Assembly: GCA_030390025.1 (NCBI GenBank)
Contig: CM059432.1
Coordinates: forward strand, 116,624,001 to 116,688,000
Source: Squalus acanthias
Taxonomy: Eukaryota
DNA: 64,000 bases
Reading direction: 5' to 3'
The number at the start of each line of letters is the position of its first letter. Position 1 is the first letter of the stretch. Below, in pieces: positions 1 to 12,856 of this stretch. Position numbers and translations under genes: made by a program. Under the pieces are notes generated by a model. It did not search any database. It was not told the origin of the DNA and worked only from the letters and a program-made list of their open reading frames with translations.

Positions 1-501
1 GTGAGTGTGTCCCGTGGTGTCTCCTTCCAGTGCGTGTGTCCCGCGGTGTCTCCTTCCAGTGAGTGTGTCCCGCGGTGTGTCTCCTTCCAGTGAGTGTGTC
101 CCGTGGTGTGTCTCCTTCCGGTGATTGTGATTCCGCAGTGTCTGCTTCCAGTGAGTGTGTCCCACGGTGTCTCCTTCCAGTGAGTGTGTCACGCGGTGTC
201 TCCTTCCAGTGAGTGTGTCCCGCGGTGAGTCTCCTTCCAGTGAGTGTGTCCCGCGGTGTCTCCTTCCAGTGATTGTGTCCCGCGGTGTCTCCTTCCAGTG
301 AGTGTGTCCCGCGGTGAGTCTCCTTCCAGTGAGTGTGTCCCGCGGTGTCTACTTCCAGTGATTGTGTCCCGTGGTGTCTCCTTCCAGTGAGTGTGTCCCA
401 CGGTGTCTCCTTCCAGTGAGTGTGTCCCGCGGTGTCTCCTCCCTGTGAGTGTGTCCCGCGGTGTCTCCTTCCAGTGAGTGTGTCCCGCGGTGTCTCCTTC
501 T
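1..501. repeat. 29-bp tandem repeat (GTGAGTGTGTCCCGCGGTGTCTCCTTCCA), about 17 units, cut by the window start
   Basis: Unit repeats directly, with occasional +2-bp variants. Confidence 0.95.
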
Positions 502-619
502 AGTGACGTTGAAGCCCTTCGGGCAACAACGGTCTGCTCATTCCTTAATCCTCCTCCTCACAGCGTTACTGCTTCTGTCACTCACAGACACCAACTCAGA
601 AACTGGCACTGCAGGTAAT

Positions 620-699
620 TGCATAGCATAGAATGTGCAGCACAGAAACAGGCCATTCGGCCCAACAGGTCTCTGCCGGTGTTTATGCTCCACACGAGC
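620..699 (-). mobile_element. Very short 5'-truncated CR1-type 3' tail
   Basis: CACAGAAACAGGCCATTCGGCCCAAC..GTTTATGCTCCAC resembles the tail at 36900-36960; flanked by TAAT on both sides. Confidence 0.7.
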
Positions 700-773
700 T
701 AATGTAAAGGGTTGTCTAGAGGCAGGATCTGCACAGGGTGAAGCACCGGGCACAAGTGGGCTGCAGCAAGGCC

Positions 774-2235
774 TGTGCTACAATGGCAGCTGTGACATCA
801 CCCATCACACGCAGCATCATGTTTGGGTCAACACGGTCTCTCCTGGAGTTTTCCATCATTTCCAGCTTGGAAATCTTTGGCTCCAAGCTCTGTGCAAAGC
901 CCCGAGCAATGTTGGAGGCGGACTCCTCCATGCTCCTTGACATTGCCAAAAGGCTCTGTGCTTGGCCTGCCATTGCCATCACCATTCTTCTGAAGGCCGC
1001 CACATCGAAGTCCTCATCTGAGTCATGTGCAGCAGAACTCGTGCGCGAACCTGCCCTCCGGGGAGCTGGCCCCCGAGCTACCCTCTCCCCCTGGCCTTGC
1101 TGCAGCCCACTTGTGCCCGGTGCCTCACCCTGTGCAGATCCTGCCTCTAGACTACCTTTTACATTACCTGCAGTGCCAGTTTCTGAGTTGGTGTCTGTGA
1201 GTGACAGATGCAGTGACGCTGTGAGGAGGGGGATTTGGAATGAGCAGACCGTTGTTGCCCAAAGGGCTTCATCGTCACCCGTTGCCACGGCTTCGGTGAC
1301 TTCCCCTCCAATGATGTCGAGCACTTGCTCCTCCAGTTGGCTCAAGGCCTGTGTGGCAGCTTGCCCCCATCTGTCTGCCGCTGACTCCCTCCGATTATGT
1401 GCGACGTTGGCCTGCAAGAGAAAGAGAAGTGTGTGAGTGAGTGTGGTGCAATGTATTTGGGTGATGTGCCTGCCATAGTTGAATAGCTGTCAGTGTGTGC
1501 AAGGTGTGAGATGTGGGTGTGAGTGTTACAGCAGTGGTAAGGTTGTGAGAGTGAAGTGAAGCTATGATTGTGAGGTGTGAGTGATGATAGGTAGAGATTG
1601 TTGGTAGGTGAGTGATACGAGTGTGGTGCATTGAGAAGTGTGTGAGGCTGGTGGTGTAGATGGTGGGATATGGCATTTGCGGAAGTCTTCACTTGACCTG
1701 CCGTGTGAGGTCATTAAACTTCTTGCAGCATTGGATGGAGGACCTGGGGACCACACTGGTGGCTGTCACATAGTCAGATATCTCCTGCCACAGCCTTCTG
1801 CACGTGTGGCTTCCTGCTGGCTTGAGGGAAGAGGACACCCCGGCTCCCCTTCACAACCACCACCAGTGACTCCAGAGCCACATATGAGAAGCGTCTTGCT
1901 GTCTCCCTGGGCTGAGGCTCAGCCATCTCTTTGTAGTTGCTTGTGCTTCCAAGTGGAATGACAATGAAGTGCTGTAGCATCAATGCACCTCTCCTTTAAG
2001 TACTGGATAAAGCCTGTGCCATACATGACTGGGAATTATATTGGACCCAATATTGGCCCACCTGTTGAGCGGTAAGCCAATGAGCAGTGGTTTTTAGCGC
2101 TGAGATCAGCACTATAATCATGTTAATGAGGACTGAATTTTGCGTGCTAAACCTAGACCAGTTTGACCTGGTGCAGCTTAATAGCGCTGAGCCATGACGC
2201 CGCCCGTTTTCGGGTCGCATCCAATTTCTAGTCCC
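774..2235 (-). mobile_element. Partial PIF/Harbinger element (copy 1): terminus, promoter and decayed spliced Myb/SANT-like gene
   Basis: Terminus GGGACTAGAAATT at about 2235-2223. ATG at 1926 (MAEPQPRETARRFSYVALESLV). Intron acceptor at 1412-1414. Promoter, intron and protein blocks (QGERVARGPAPRRAGSR..SAAHDSDED) match the element at 11955-19671. Confidence 0.85.
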
Positions 2236-2348
2236 AAGTGTTTTTTGATTGCTTTACAAATTTTTAACTTTCTTACATGTTGCAGACTTTCTCCCAATGC
2301 TTTTAACTTATATTCAGAGTGCAAAAGTGGTTTCCAGAAGCAGAACAA

Positions 2349-2520
2349 GGGGTAGATTTTAACTTTCAGCGCTGGGCAGTAATGTACCATTTGCTTTTTA
2401 TACATCCTGCTGGATTTTGGCTTCCATTGACTTGAACGAGAAATTGGGCGGCATGTAAAACGGGTGACTGATCCGCTACCGCCAGTTTTACGCCTGGCAT
2501 TGAAAAATAAATTCTATCCT
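2349..2520. mobile_element. Short MITE-like element with imperfect inverted termini
   Basis: GGGGTAGATTTTAACTTTCAGCGCTGGGC versus the reverse complement of the right end, AGGATAGAATTTATTTTTCAATGCCAGGCG. Confidence 0.5.
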
Positions 2521-4360
2521 CGAGCCTCTAATAAATGAATCCTGTACCTTTACGCCTGCCATGAATGGGCGAGTGTGCCGTAGGACTAACAATTACTTTT
2601 TAATTATAGTAAATATAACAGTGATGAGGTGCCTACCACACACTGCTTGCTCTGAAAGGCAGTAAACATCACAGGACCAGGTCATTTTATTCAGCTCAAA
2701 ATTTATTTGCAACATAATCACCAGGAATTTCTTCAGTGGAAGATGGAGGAAAACTTGTTTACACAGTTTATCCAGGTTTATGCCACTGAAGTTACGATGA
2801 CCAATCGAGAGAACCCCCAAGAAATTCCCAGCGAATCAAACAGAAACAACAAAACATAGTTACTGATGGTACAAGTACTTAGAAAATAATAATGATACAA
2901 TCCGTCTACGATGGGTTAAAATATCTTGTTTAGAACATATTTTTTGCACAGTCTGATAATCAGCAAGACCTTTGGAGAAATCAGTGCTGTGCTGACTTTC
3001 TGATCTAGTACTTGTAAATTGGTGAGGTGATATTCCTGTCTGCTGCAGAGCCAAACTGTTCATTTACGCTCAACTGGAACTGAACTGAAGGCAGAGAAAA
3101 TATCACAGTGCACATCTCTGGACCAATAGGCCACTGAATAAGGAGCTGCCCATCAATCCACAAGACATAATCAGGCGGATTTTAATGGCAAGTTGATTTC
3201 TCACCTGGCAGAGGCAGCAGGATGCCGTGGCGATCTTAACTGCTGGGTCTCATTAAAATACCGCCAGTCCACTTCCCGTCCAGAACGGGTGTGAAGAGGA
3301 CTTCGAGTGGCTGCCGGCAGGTGAAGATTGGGCGGCTCTTTGGTGCCCGCTGGCTTCCAGGTAAGTTGGGTGGGGCAAGAAGGGAGGAGGTTTTGGGAGA
3401 GTCTCGCAGGAGAGAAGAGGGGTGGGGGGGGGGGGTGTGGGGGTGGAAATTGGGAGCAGAGGAGGCTGTGACTTTCCTTGCCTTATCAAGCATCGAGAGG
3501 CCTCATTGAGCAACTAGAGGCCTCATCAAGCATCGAGAGGCCTCATCAAGCAACTCCTGCACCTGTTGGCCCCACAAGGAAGGTTTTGGACTAACCAGAA
3601 GACCTGCTTCTGTGAAGGAATAAGCCATATTCAGAAAAATACACCATTCTATGAAAGAATTCTAGCCTTATTAAAACATGACAAACTGGGCTTGAAAATC
3701 TAAAAGTCTCAACAATCTGAAGCTGTAAACAGCATATAGGCTATTGAGATAAGATAAGTTGTTGACACTGAATCAATAACCTTATTGAAACAGGAGGTTG
3801 GAGGTTCCTGACAGTCTGAAGCGTCGGAAAGAAACACAGAAAATTAAGAAACATATGCCTTCGTAAAAATGACATCAAATGAAACACAGGAGACACGAGT
3901 CTGTGTTACAACCAGCTGAGGTAACTAAGAAGACAATGGTGCACCCGGTTGAGGTGTTTTAAATTACACATCATAAAAAGACACAAACAGAAGACCTTGG
4001 TAAGAATGACATCAAATAGATGCATCTGCTGTCACACCGTTTTTATGATAAGCTCCGAACACCTAGGGTAGAGACACAATTCTTAATGCTACCAGCTGAA
4101 CTGACTGTAAGAACAGCAGAGGTCAGCAGAAAAATGACTAGAGATAATTAGCTTACATCAGCAGAAAACTTCAAAGGACATACCACTGAAAAAAGATATA
4201 AATATTGAACTTTCAAATGGGATGATAGATTCGCTGTAAAGGGGCAAAGCAATTCTCAGGCTTCAGAGGCAAGCTCTGTAAGTCTACAACTCTTTGTATC
4301 TCGGGGATCAAGGTACTATACTGTATTTGATTTTGGTGGATATTCTGGAATAAAGACTAA

Positions 4361-5121
4361 GGGGGAAAAATTCAGCTGCTTGCGCCTCCCGTTAGCGCCT
4401 TAAGAGGGCGCTAATGGGGCGTAAAGCAGCTAACGCCCGGGCGCAGCGCCGCCCACGCCTCCCGAAAAATTTAGTGGGAGGTTAGCGGCGGCGGCAGCCG
4501 GTAGCGCCCTGTGGCGCTGCGCCGCCGGCGATGACGTCATCGCCGTGCGCAGCACCCCGCTCGCGCCCCGGCCGTGATCTTCAGTCGCGCCCCCTGATTT
4601 ACCGCCAGACGCTATGTCCGACGGGTTCAGGGAGGCGTACGTGCGGCCGGGGCGGCGATATTTAAAGCGGAGGTGGCAGGCGGCCATTTTTGTTGCTGGC
4701 CGCCTGCCAGCACCTGCCCCCGGCCCTCGTGAAGCCCCCCCACCGTGAAGTGCCGGCTACGCTCCATGAGCCCGGCACTTCTCTTGAGTGCCGGGCTCTT
4801 TTGCCGGCACTCCCGATCCCTGGGGGCCCAGCTGGGCCCCGGTTCGCGCTGCGCAGGGTCCCTCCCCTTTAAGAAGGGGAGGAAGGCCTGCAATACCACG
4901 GCGCGACGTGCCGCAGCGCGTGGCGCTGCGGCACGTAGCGCCAGGATATTCACTCGCAGCGCCCCAAGAGGGATGCGGGCTGCTTCCAGTTGCGCCCCGC
5001 TTCCCTCTTGGGGCGCAACCACTGAAGTTCCGGCGCGGGGCCGCTAATTTTTTCGGGGCGCTAAAAGTCGCGCCCCGGCGAGGTTAGCGCCCCAAATGGG
5101 GCGCGACTCAATTTTTACCCC
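4361..5121 (+). mobile_element. Non-autonomous Harbinger-type MITE, 761 bp, CpG-rich
   Basis: TIRs GGGGGAAAAATT / AATTTTTACCCC; TAA target duplication at 4358-4360 and 5122-5124; related copy at 24515. Confidence 0.9.
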
Positions 5122-6634
5122 TAAGAACTGTAAAAATGTAATGAAGTTAAGATTTAAGAATAAGGATCTCTGATAATAGAATTGTAAGATTTCTGTTTTT
5201 GGAACTGTTAATGTTGCAATTGAATCACCAACTGTAATTACATGTCGGTTCTTTAATAAATCTATATATTTTTAGAATTGTCTCACATAATACTTCTGTA
5301 TCAAACTCGCGAACTCAATCTCTGTTCGCTCTTTGGTGAGGAGTTGCAGAATTCTGAGGGAGTTTTCCAGAACCTCATAATATCTGGAACGTTACAGTCC
5401 AGCTAAACTTATTAAAAGTGCTATCTGGAGGATGGTAACATCTTCAGGTTGTTCCTTTTCTTTAGGGAAAGATAGTCTGGACCTTTAGACCCAATTAAGC
5501 GTCTTTAGGATTCGGCTATCTCAAACTTTAGTTGAAAGTGAATGTCTGGGGAATACGCCTGATCCAGGGTAGCCCTAAAGGGGCGAGGACTAGTAATTAT
5601 CCCTTCACTTCTACCCAGCAAGAAGCTGCGGCCTCCTCACTCAGGCCCCTGTTAAAATTGCTTTGGCATCCTATTGACGATTTGTATAAATTTATGAAGC
5701 TCCTGTCTACTTTTAGCAGGCACCTCATCCACCTGCAAACCCCCTATAGGTTACTATCAAGAATGGTGGGGATCTGTGTGGGTCAGTAACCCACTGGTTT
5801 TTAACCTCCCACCCACCCAGTTTCTGCCAGGTTACAATCGACCCCAATGGTGCACACTTTCCTGAGAATCACTTAATAAATTACTGTTCATACCTCATCC
5901 AGGTCTCACATATCTATTAATGCTTTGACTATAGCCCTAGAACAAAGCTTTCGTAAGAAGAAAGAATGAACTTGCACTTTATATAGCGGTCTCAACATGT
6001 CCCAAATTACTCCACTTTAAACCTTGCAGTGAAATTCTTTGGGAATTGATTTTGACTTTGCAATCAGAGTGGGTTATTATTGGATTCTTGCATCCAAGTC
6101 GAGAGATGAAAATCCAAGGCGAATATCGACAAGTGGTTATGACATAGAATGCACTGGATGTAATTATTTCAGAACGGGATGCAGAAAAAAGTCCTGCATG
6201 CACTGGTTTCCTGTTTCCCTCTTGTTGGAGTAATTAGCCATTTTTATATGTCTGAGAGAATCTGTGAGTGGAGAAAAGTGTCAGGTCAACTTAAAAAAGT
6301 AAGATAATTAAAATAGTTCTTAGACACACACATGATATTGGTCTAACAGAATCCCTAACTTTGACCTCAAAGCTATGAAGTGCTTAAAAAAAGACACAAA
6401 GATCACATTCTTGATGGCTGATCATTAATTACGAAAGGAGCAAAGGAGAGTACTGAACAGAAATGACAGTGTGTTAAAAGAGAGAGAGAGCAAAAGTCAA
6501 ACTTGCAAGAAAATTATGAGGTAAAACGAAAACAATTGCAAAATTACATCCCCCATATACAGAGAAAGAGAAGGAAAAGGTGAAAATTGAATTAAAAAAA
6601 AGAGAAAGAATATAAAAAGAACAGAATAAATCAC

Positions 6635-6868
6635 TTCTACACACAAAGGGTGGTAAAAGTTTGGAGCAGCAGTTGATGCTAGATCAATTGTTAATTTTAA
6701 ATCGGAGATTGATAGAATTTTGTTAACCAAAGGTAATAAGGGATATGGGGCAAAGGCGGATATATGGAGTTAGGTCACAGATCAGCCATGATCTCATTGA
6801 AGGGCGGAACAAGCTCGAGGGGTCTCAATGGCCTACTTCTGTTCCTATGTTCCTATGTTCTATGTTCC
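6635..6868 (+). mobile_element. CR1 (HER1-like) LINE 3' end
   Basis: ORF2 end plus GATCAGCCATGATCTCATTGAA..GCTCGAGGGG..GGCCTAC core and (CCTATGTT)n tail. Confidence 0.85.
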
Positions 6869-7411
6869 CACTAAGGTGGGAAATTGACAGAGATAACCAA
6901 TAAATGCAAGAAATTGAAAATGAAGATGGTAATACAGTAAATTAAAACAGAGAATATAGGATAACAAAAGGAAGAAATTATCAATTGATACTCAATAATA
7001 AAAATATAAGGAGATGACTAGTACTGGAAACCAGTCCCAGCACGCTGGGTCATTTTCATATCCTTACTGCCCCATTTACACCCACAAACGGGTAATAGCA
7101 GGACCAAAACAGCACGTGTAATTGAAGTGCTGACGTACCATTTGATTTCGACCTGTTCTGATTTTTGGGCAGACAAGAGCCATAAGAGTGCTCACCGCAA
7201 ACAGGCGGGGGCTGACATTAATAAATACACATCAGGGTTAAATGATTTTATGACCCTCAATTACATTTTTGTCTCTGTTGCTACCAGTTCCTGCTTCTGC
7301 CCTACAACCATAAGGATTACAAGTCGAGAGGTGGCCATTTCTAGTGGTATTTAAAGAGATCTTCAGCTGCTCTCAGCTAAAATTTTAGAAAGTTTTGCAT
7401 GGATCACATGC

Positions 7412-10136
7412 CCTTATCGAGCAACTAGAGTGTTAATCAAGCAACTACAGATCTCCTTGAGCAACTAGAGACCTCATCGAGCAACTAGAGACCTCATGGA
7501 GCAACTAGAGACCTCAGCGAACAACTGCAGACCTCATCGAACAACTAGAAACCTCATCGAGCAACTACAGATCTCATTGAGCAAGTAGAGACCTCATTGG
7601 GCAACTAAAGATCTCCTCGAGTGACTAGAGACTTCATCGAGCAACTGGAGACCTCATCGAGCAACTAGAGACCTCATCGAGCAACTACAGATCTCCTCGA
7701 GTAACTAGAGACCTAATCGAGCAACTGCAGATCTCATTGAGCAACTAGAGACCTCAGCGAGCAACTACAGATCTCCTCGAGCAACTAGAGACCTCATCGA
7801 GCAACTAGAGACCTCATCGAGCAACTACAGATCTCCTCGAGCAACTAAAGACCTCATCGAGCAACTAGAGACCTCATCGAGCAACTACAGATCTCATCGA
7901 GCAAGTAGAGACCACAGCGAGCAACTACAGATCTCCTCGAGCAACTAGAGACCTCAGCAAGCAACTAGAGACATAATCGAGCGACTAGAGATCTCATCCA
8001 GCAACTAGAGACCTCATCGAGCGACTAGAGATCTCATCAAGTGACTAGAGATCTCATCGAGCGACTAGAGACCTCATCGAGCAACTAGAGATCTCATCCA
8101 GCAACTAGAGACCTCATCGAGCGACTAGAGATCTCATCCAGCAACTAGAGACCTCATCGAGCGACTAGAGATCTCATCAAGTGACTAGAGATCTCATCGA
8201 GCGACTAGAGACCTCATCGAGCAACTAGAGATCTCATCCAGCAACTAGAGACCTCATCGAGCGACTAGAGATCTCATCAAGTGACTAGAGATCTCATCGA
8301 GCGACTAGAGACCTCATCGAGCAACTAGAGATCTCATCCAGCAACTAGAGACCTCATCGAGCGACTAGAGACCTCATCGAGCAATTAGAGATCTCATCGA
8401 GCGACTAGAGACCTCATCGAGCGTCTAGAGATCTCATTCAGCAACTAGAGACCTCATCCAGCAACTAGAGACCTCATCGAGCGACTAGAGACCTCATCGA
8501 GCGACTAGAGATCTCACCCAGCAACTAGAGACCTCATCGAGCGACTAGAGACCTCATTGAGCGACTAGAGATCTCATCCAGCAACTAGAGACCTCATCCA
8601 GCAACTAGAGACCTCATCGAGCGACTAGAGACCTCATCGAGCGACTAGAGATCTCACCCAGCAACTAGAGACCTCATCGAGCGACTAGAGACCTCATTGA
8701 GCGACTAGAGATCTCATCCAGCAACTAGAGACCTCATCCAGCAACTAGAGACCTCATCCAGCGACTAGAGACCTCATCGAGCGACTAGAGATCTCATCGA
8801 GCGACTAGAGATCTCATCGAGCAACTAGAGACCTCATCGAGCAACTAGAGATCTCATCCAGCGACTAGAGACCTCATCGAGCGACTAGAGATCTCATCGA
8901 GCGACTAGAGACCTCATCGAGCGACTAGAGATCTCATCGAGCGACTAGAGACCTCATCCAGCAACTAGAGACCTCATCGAGCGACTAGAGATCTCATCCA
9001 GCAACTAGAGACCTCATCGAGCAACTAGAGATCTCATCGAACGACTCGAGACCTCATCGGGCAACTAGAGATCTCATCGAGCGACTAGAGACCTCATCAA
9101 GCGACTAGAGACCTCATCGAGCAACTAGAGATCTCATCCAGCAACTAGAGACCTCATCGAGCGACTAGAGACCTCATCGAGCAACTAGAGATCTCATCGA
9201 GCGACTAGAGATCTCATCGAGCGACTAGAGACCTCATCCAGCGACTAGAGACCTCATGGAGCGACTAGAGACCTCATCGAGCGACTAGAGACCTCATCGA
9301 GTGACTAGAGATCTCATCCAGCAACTAGAGACCTCATCGAGCAACTAGAGATCTCATCCAGCGACTAGAGATCTCATCGAGCGACTAGAGACCTCATCGA
9401 GCAACTAGAGATCTCATCCAGCAACTAGAGACCTCATCGAGCGACTAGAGACCTCATCCAGCAACTAGAGACCTCATCGAGTGACTAGAGACCTCATTGA
9501 GCGACTAGCGACCTCATCGAGCGACTAGAGATCTCATCGAGTGACTAGAGACCTCATCGAGAGACTAGAGACCTCATCCAGCAACTAGAGACCTCATCGA
9601 GTGACTAGAGACCTCATTGAGCGACTAGCGACCTCATCGAGCGACTAGAGATCTCATCGAGTGACTAGAGACCTCATTGAGCGACTAGCGACCTCATCGA
9701 GCGACTAGAGATCTCATCGAGTGACTAGAGACCTCATCGAGCGACTAGAGACCTCATCCAGCGACTAGAGACCTCATCGAGCGACTAGAGACCTCATCCA
9801 GCAACTAGAGACCTCATCGAGTGACTAGAGACCTCATTGAGCGACTAGCGACCTCATCGAACGACTAGAGATCTCATCGAGTGACTAGAGACCTCATCGA
9901 GTGACTAGAGATCTCATCGAGTGACTAGAGACCTCATCGAGCGACTAGCGACCTCATCGAGCGACTAGAGATTTCATCGAGTGACTAGAGACCTCATTGA
10001 GCGACTAGCGACCTCATCGAATGACTAGAGATCTCATCGAGTGACTAGAGACCTCATCGAGCGACTAGAGATCTCATCGAGTGACTAGAGACCTCATTGA
10101 GCCACTAGAGACCTCATCGAGCGACTAGAGACCTCA
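7412..10136. repeat. 20-bp minisatellite (GC[A/G]ACTAGAGA[C/T]CTCATCGA), about 136 units
   Basis: Exact 20-bp period held for 2.7 kb; only substitution variants. Confidence 0.98.
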
Positions 10137-12073
10137 AATCTGTTAAATACAGTTTATACAACAGATAGCAGGATCCCATGGCAGAATCTTTCAGTCAACG
10201 TATCAACAGGAGGAATTCCATCCCCTTCGGGATTTGAAGAAGTGCTATTCAGCTTCATCACGGCAGAACCTGCAATTGTTATAACTGAACACCAGCTGTC
10301 CCAGCTTTGACTTGTTTTCAAATATCAGGTCATGTTATGCTTGGTGTACAGATTATAGATCCTTCAAATCTCCGAACCTGTCCGGGTGATCCCAAATAAT
10401 TCACCTCTAATTTCTTGTTTACCAATTACTGGAAAACATTCTTCTTAATTACCTGGGCTTGTCTCCAGTGCTATAGACGGGAGGCTGCCAATTTAACATG
10501 AGGGATTCTGTAAGCTAATTTAGGAAGAGTGAGATAGAAATTTGACATGAACAACTGCCATCCTGACAGACTGATAAATCTCGCTACACCACCTTCTTAA
10601 AGTGTACATACAGTAGCCTTCCTCCTGCTACCTGTGGGGGCAAAGAATGTGTTGTACTATTACAACCTTGGTATTATGGATATATTGGCCGGTAGAATGA
10701 TTCCGATGAGGTAAATCCCAACTATCAAGTAGATACAAAACCAGTTTACAGTCATGCAGTAATTGCTGGAGAAACTTGCATGTACAATAAATGCCACTAC
10801 CAGCCAGTGATCATGCCTTGAACAGGGTCCATCTTATAGGTAACTGGAAAATGTTACAAGTTTCGCTAGTTTATCTGTGCATAGGGGAGGTTTCACAAGC
10901 ATCAACAGCAAAATTGCAGGTTGACAGTTTTTCCTTTCTTTGAAATCTTTTATTGTATCGATGGATTGCTTTTTGGCTGAGAAATTGTTTAGAATTGGGA
11001 AACAAAACTTCATAATTGTTACATTAAGGCCTTTATTCGCCAACATTAATTATTTTCTACAAAGTTCTCCCAAATGCAATTGTGTTACAAGTTGTGAGTG
11101 GAAGATATCTCCAGTTATTGAGGGTAAACAGGTTAATGGGGACTAGTGGTATCGGTCACTGGGATCGACTGGAATTTGCTTGATTGTCTTCAGGGATCAG
11201 AACAGAATTTTCTCCCTAAATTAGGCTCAGGTTTGATGTGTATGGTGTGTATGGCACCATGTCAGGATGGGACTGGCTTGAGGGGCCAGTTGATCATTTC
11301 CTGTCCCTTTTTGTATGTTTCTTATACCTTGTGCTACAGTTCTGTTTCTGAGCTTATTCTCGAGAGTTCTACAGGACTGTAAACCACTGGAAGTTAAGAA
11401 AATAAGGTCTATGCAAACACATACTTAAATGATATTTAAAATGCACATCTATTATGCAGTCAACATTCAGCAAGATGATCAGAGAGCAGAACCCCTTCTA
11501 ACCACAGGCCACTTTAAACCTAGGTCTAGGTGCCCCGGATGAGAGAAGTAGTCACTTTTACAAAAGGTCATCTCAGGCGGACGCTGGCCTCATTTGTAAT
11601 CCAAAGTGTTTGAAGGCGATGGAAAAATTTTGTTAACACTGCAAACAAAGTGCACGTTCAATTTAAAGGGAAAGAAAGTCTCTTTTCATTCCAAATAATC
11701 TCTCATTTTATTGTTAGAAAAACCCAACATACCTACAAAAACTTGGCTTGGTGTTTTAAATCATTTCTTTTAAATGTCAGTTTTCTGAGCTGCAGAGAGA
11801 ACTCCCAGGTTGGGATTCCCTCCCTACTTGGCTGCTCCATGATGTCATTGACATGCCTGCCGCTCCTCCATCAGCTCCAGAATGGCTCTGCTGAAAATGA
11901 TGATACCACAACTTGGGACCAGCCTGATAACCAATCTGGAGGTTCAGGCAGCTGGGGCTAGAAATTCGTTATAGCCAAGAAATGGGCAGTGTTTAGACTA
12001 AATAAGGTTAAGCTGCGGCACCTGAAGATAGTCTAGGTAGCACGCAAAATTCGTGCTCACTCCTCATTAAAAT

Positions 12074-12806
12074 TCAGTTGTACAAGGTATTGGTGAGACC
12101 GCACCTGGAATACTGCATACAGTTTTGGTGTCCATACTTAAGAAAAGACATACTTGCTCTCAAGTCAGTACAAAGAAGGTTCACTCGGTTAATCCCGGGG
12201 ATGAGGGGATGGACATATGAGGAGAGGTTGGGTAGATTGGGACTCTACTCATTGGAGTTCAGAAGAATGAGAGGCGATCTTATTGAAACATATAAGATTG
12301 TGAAGGGGTTGGATCGGGTGGATGCGGGGAGGATGTTCCCGATGATGGGTGAAACTAGAACTAGGGGGCATAGTCTTAGAATAAGGGGCTGCTCTTTCAA
12401 AACTGAGATGAGAAGGAACTATTTCACTCAGAGGATGGTAGGTCCATGGAATATGCTGCCCCAAAAAGCTGTAGAAGCTACAGCATTACATAAATTTAAA
12501 ACAGAAATAGACAGTTTCCTAGAAGTAAAGGGAATTAAGGGTTACGGGGAGCGGGCAGGAATTTGGACATGAGTCTAGGTTCGGATCGGTCATGGCCCTG
12601 TGGGTAGCGGAGCGGGCCCAGGGGCCGTGTAGCCTGATTCTGCTCCTATTTCGTGTGTCCAATTCTGTTAGGTTCAGGAGATGGTTCTGTGATAGTAGAT
12701 TGGCGGTTAGGATCAGATCAGCCATGATCTTATTGAATGACGGAGCAGGCTCGAGGGGCCAATTGGCCTACTCCTGCTCCTATTTCTTATCTTATCTTAT
12801 CTTATG
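12074..12806 (+). mobile_element. 5'-truncated CR1 LINE (double-tail subfamily)
   Basis: ORF2 C-terminus (LVRPHLEYCIQFW..RGDLIETYKI); TSD TTAAAAT at 12067-12073 and 12807-12813. Confidence 0.95.
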
Positions 12807-12856
12807 TTAAAATGATTTTAGACTTAAAACTCAAGCTCATTGGCATTACACTGAAC

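Noticed and set aside
4430..5087. Overlapping GC-rich ORFs or a host CpG-island promoter
   Set aside because: All fall inside a TIR/TSD-bounded MITE with a second copy at 24515.
3611..5380. Possible solo LTR around the MITE
   Set aside because: TG start and an AATAAA are present, but I found no CA end with TSD, primer-binding site or internal genes.
7412..10136. CRISPR-like array
   Set aside because: Units are contiguous with no unique spacers, there are no cas genes, and the context is eukaryotic.
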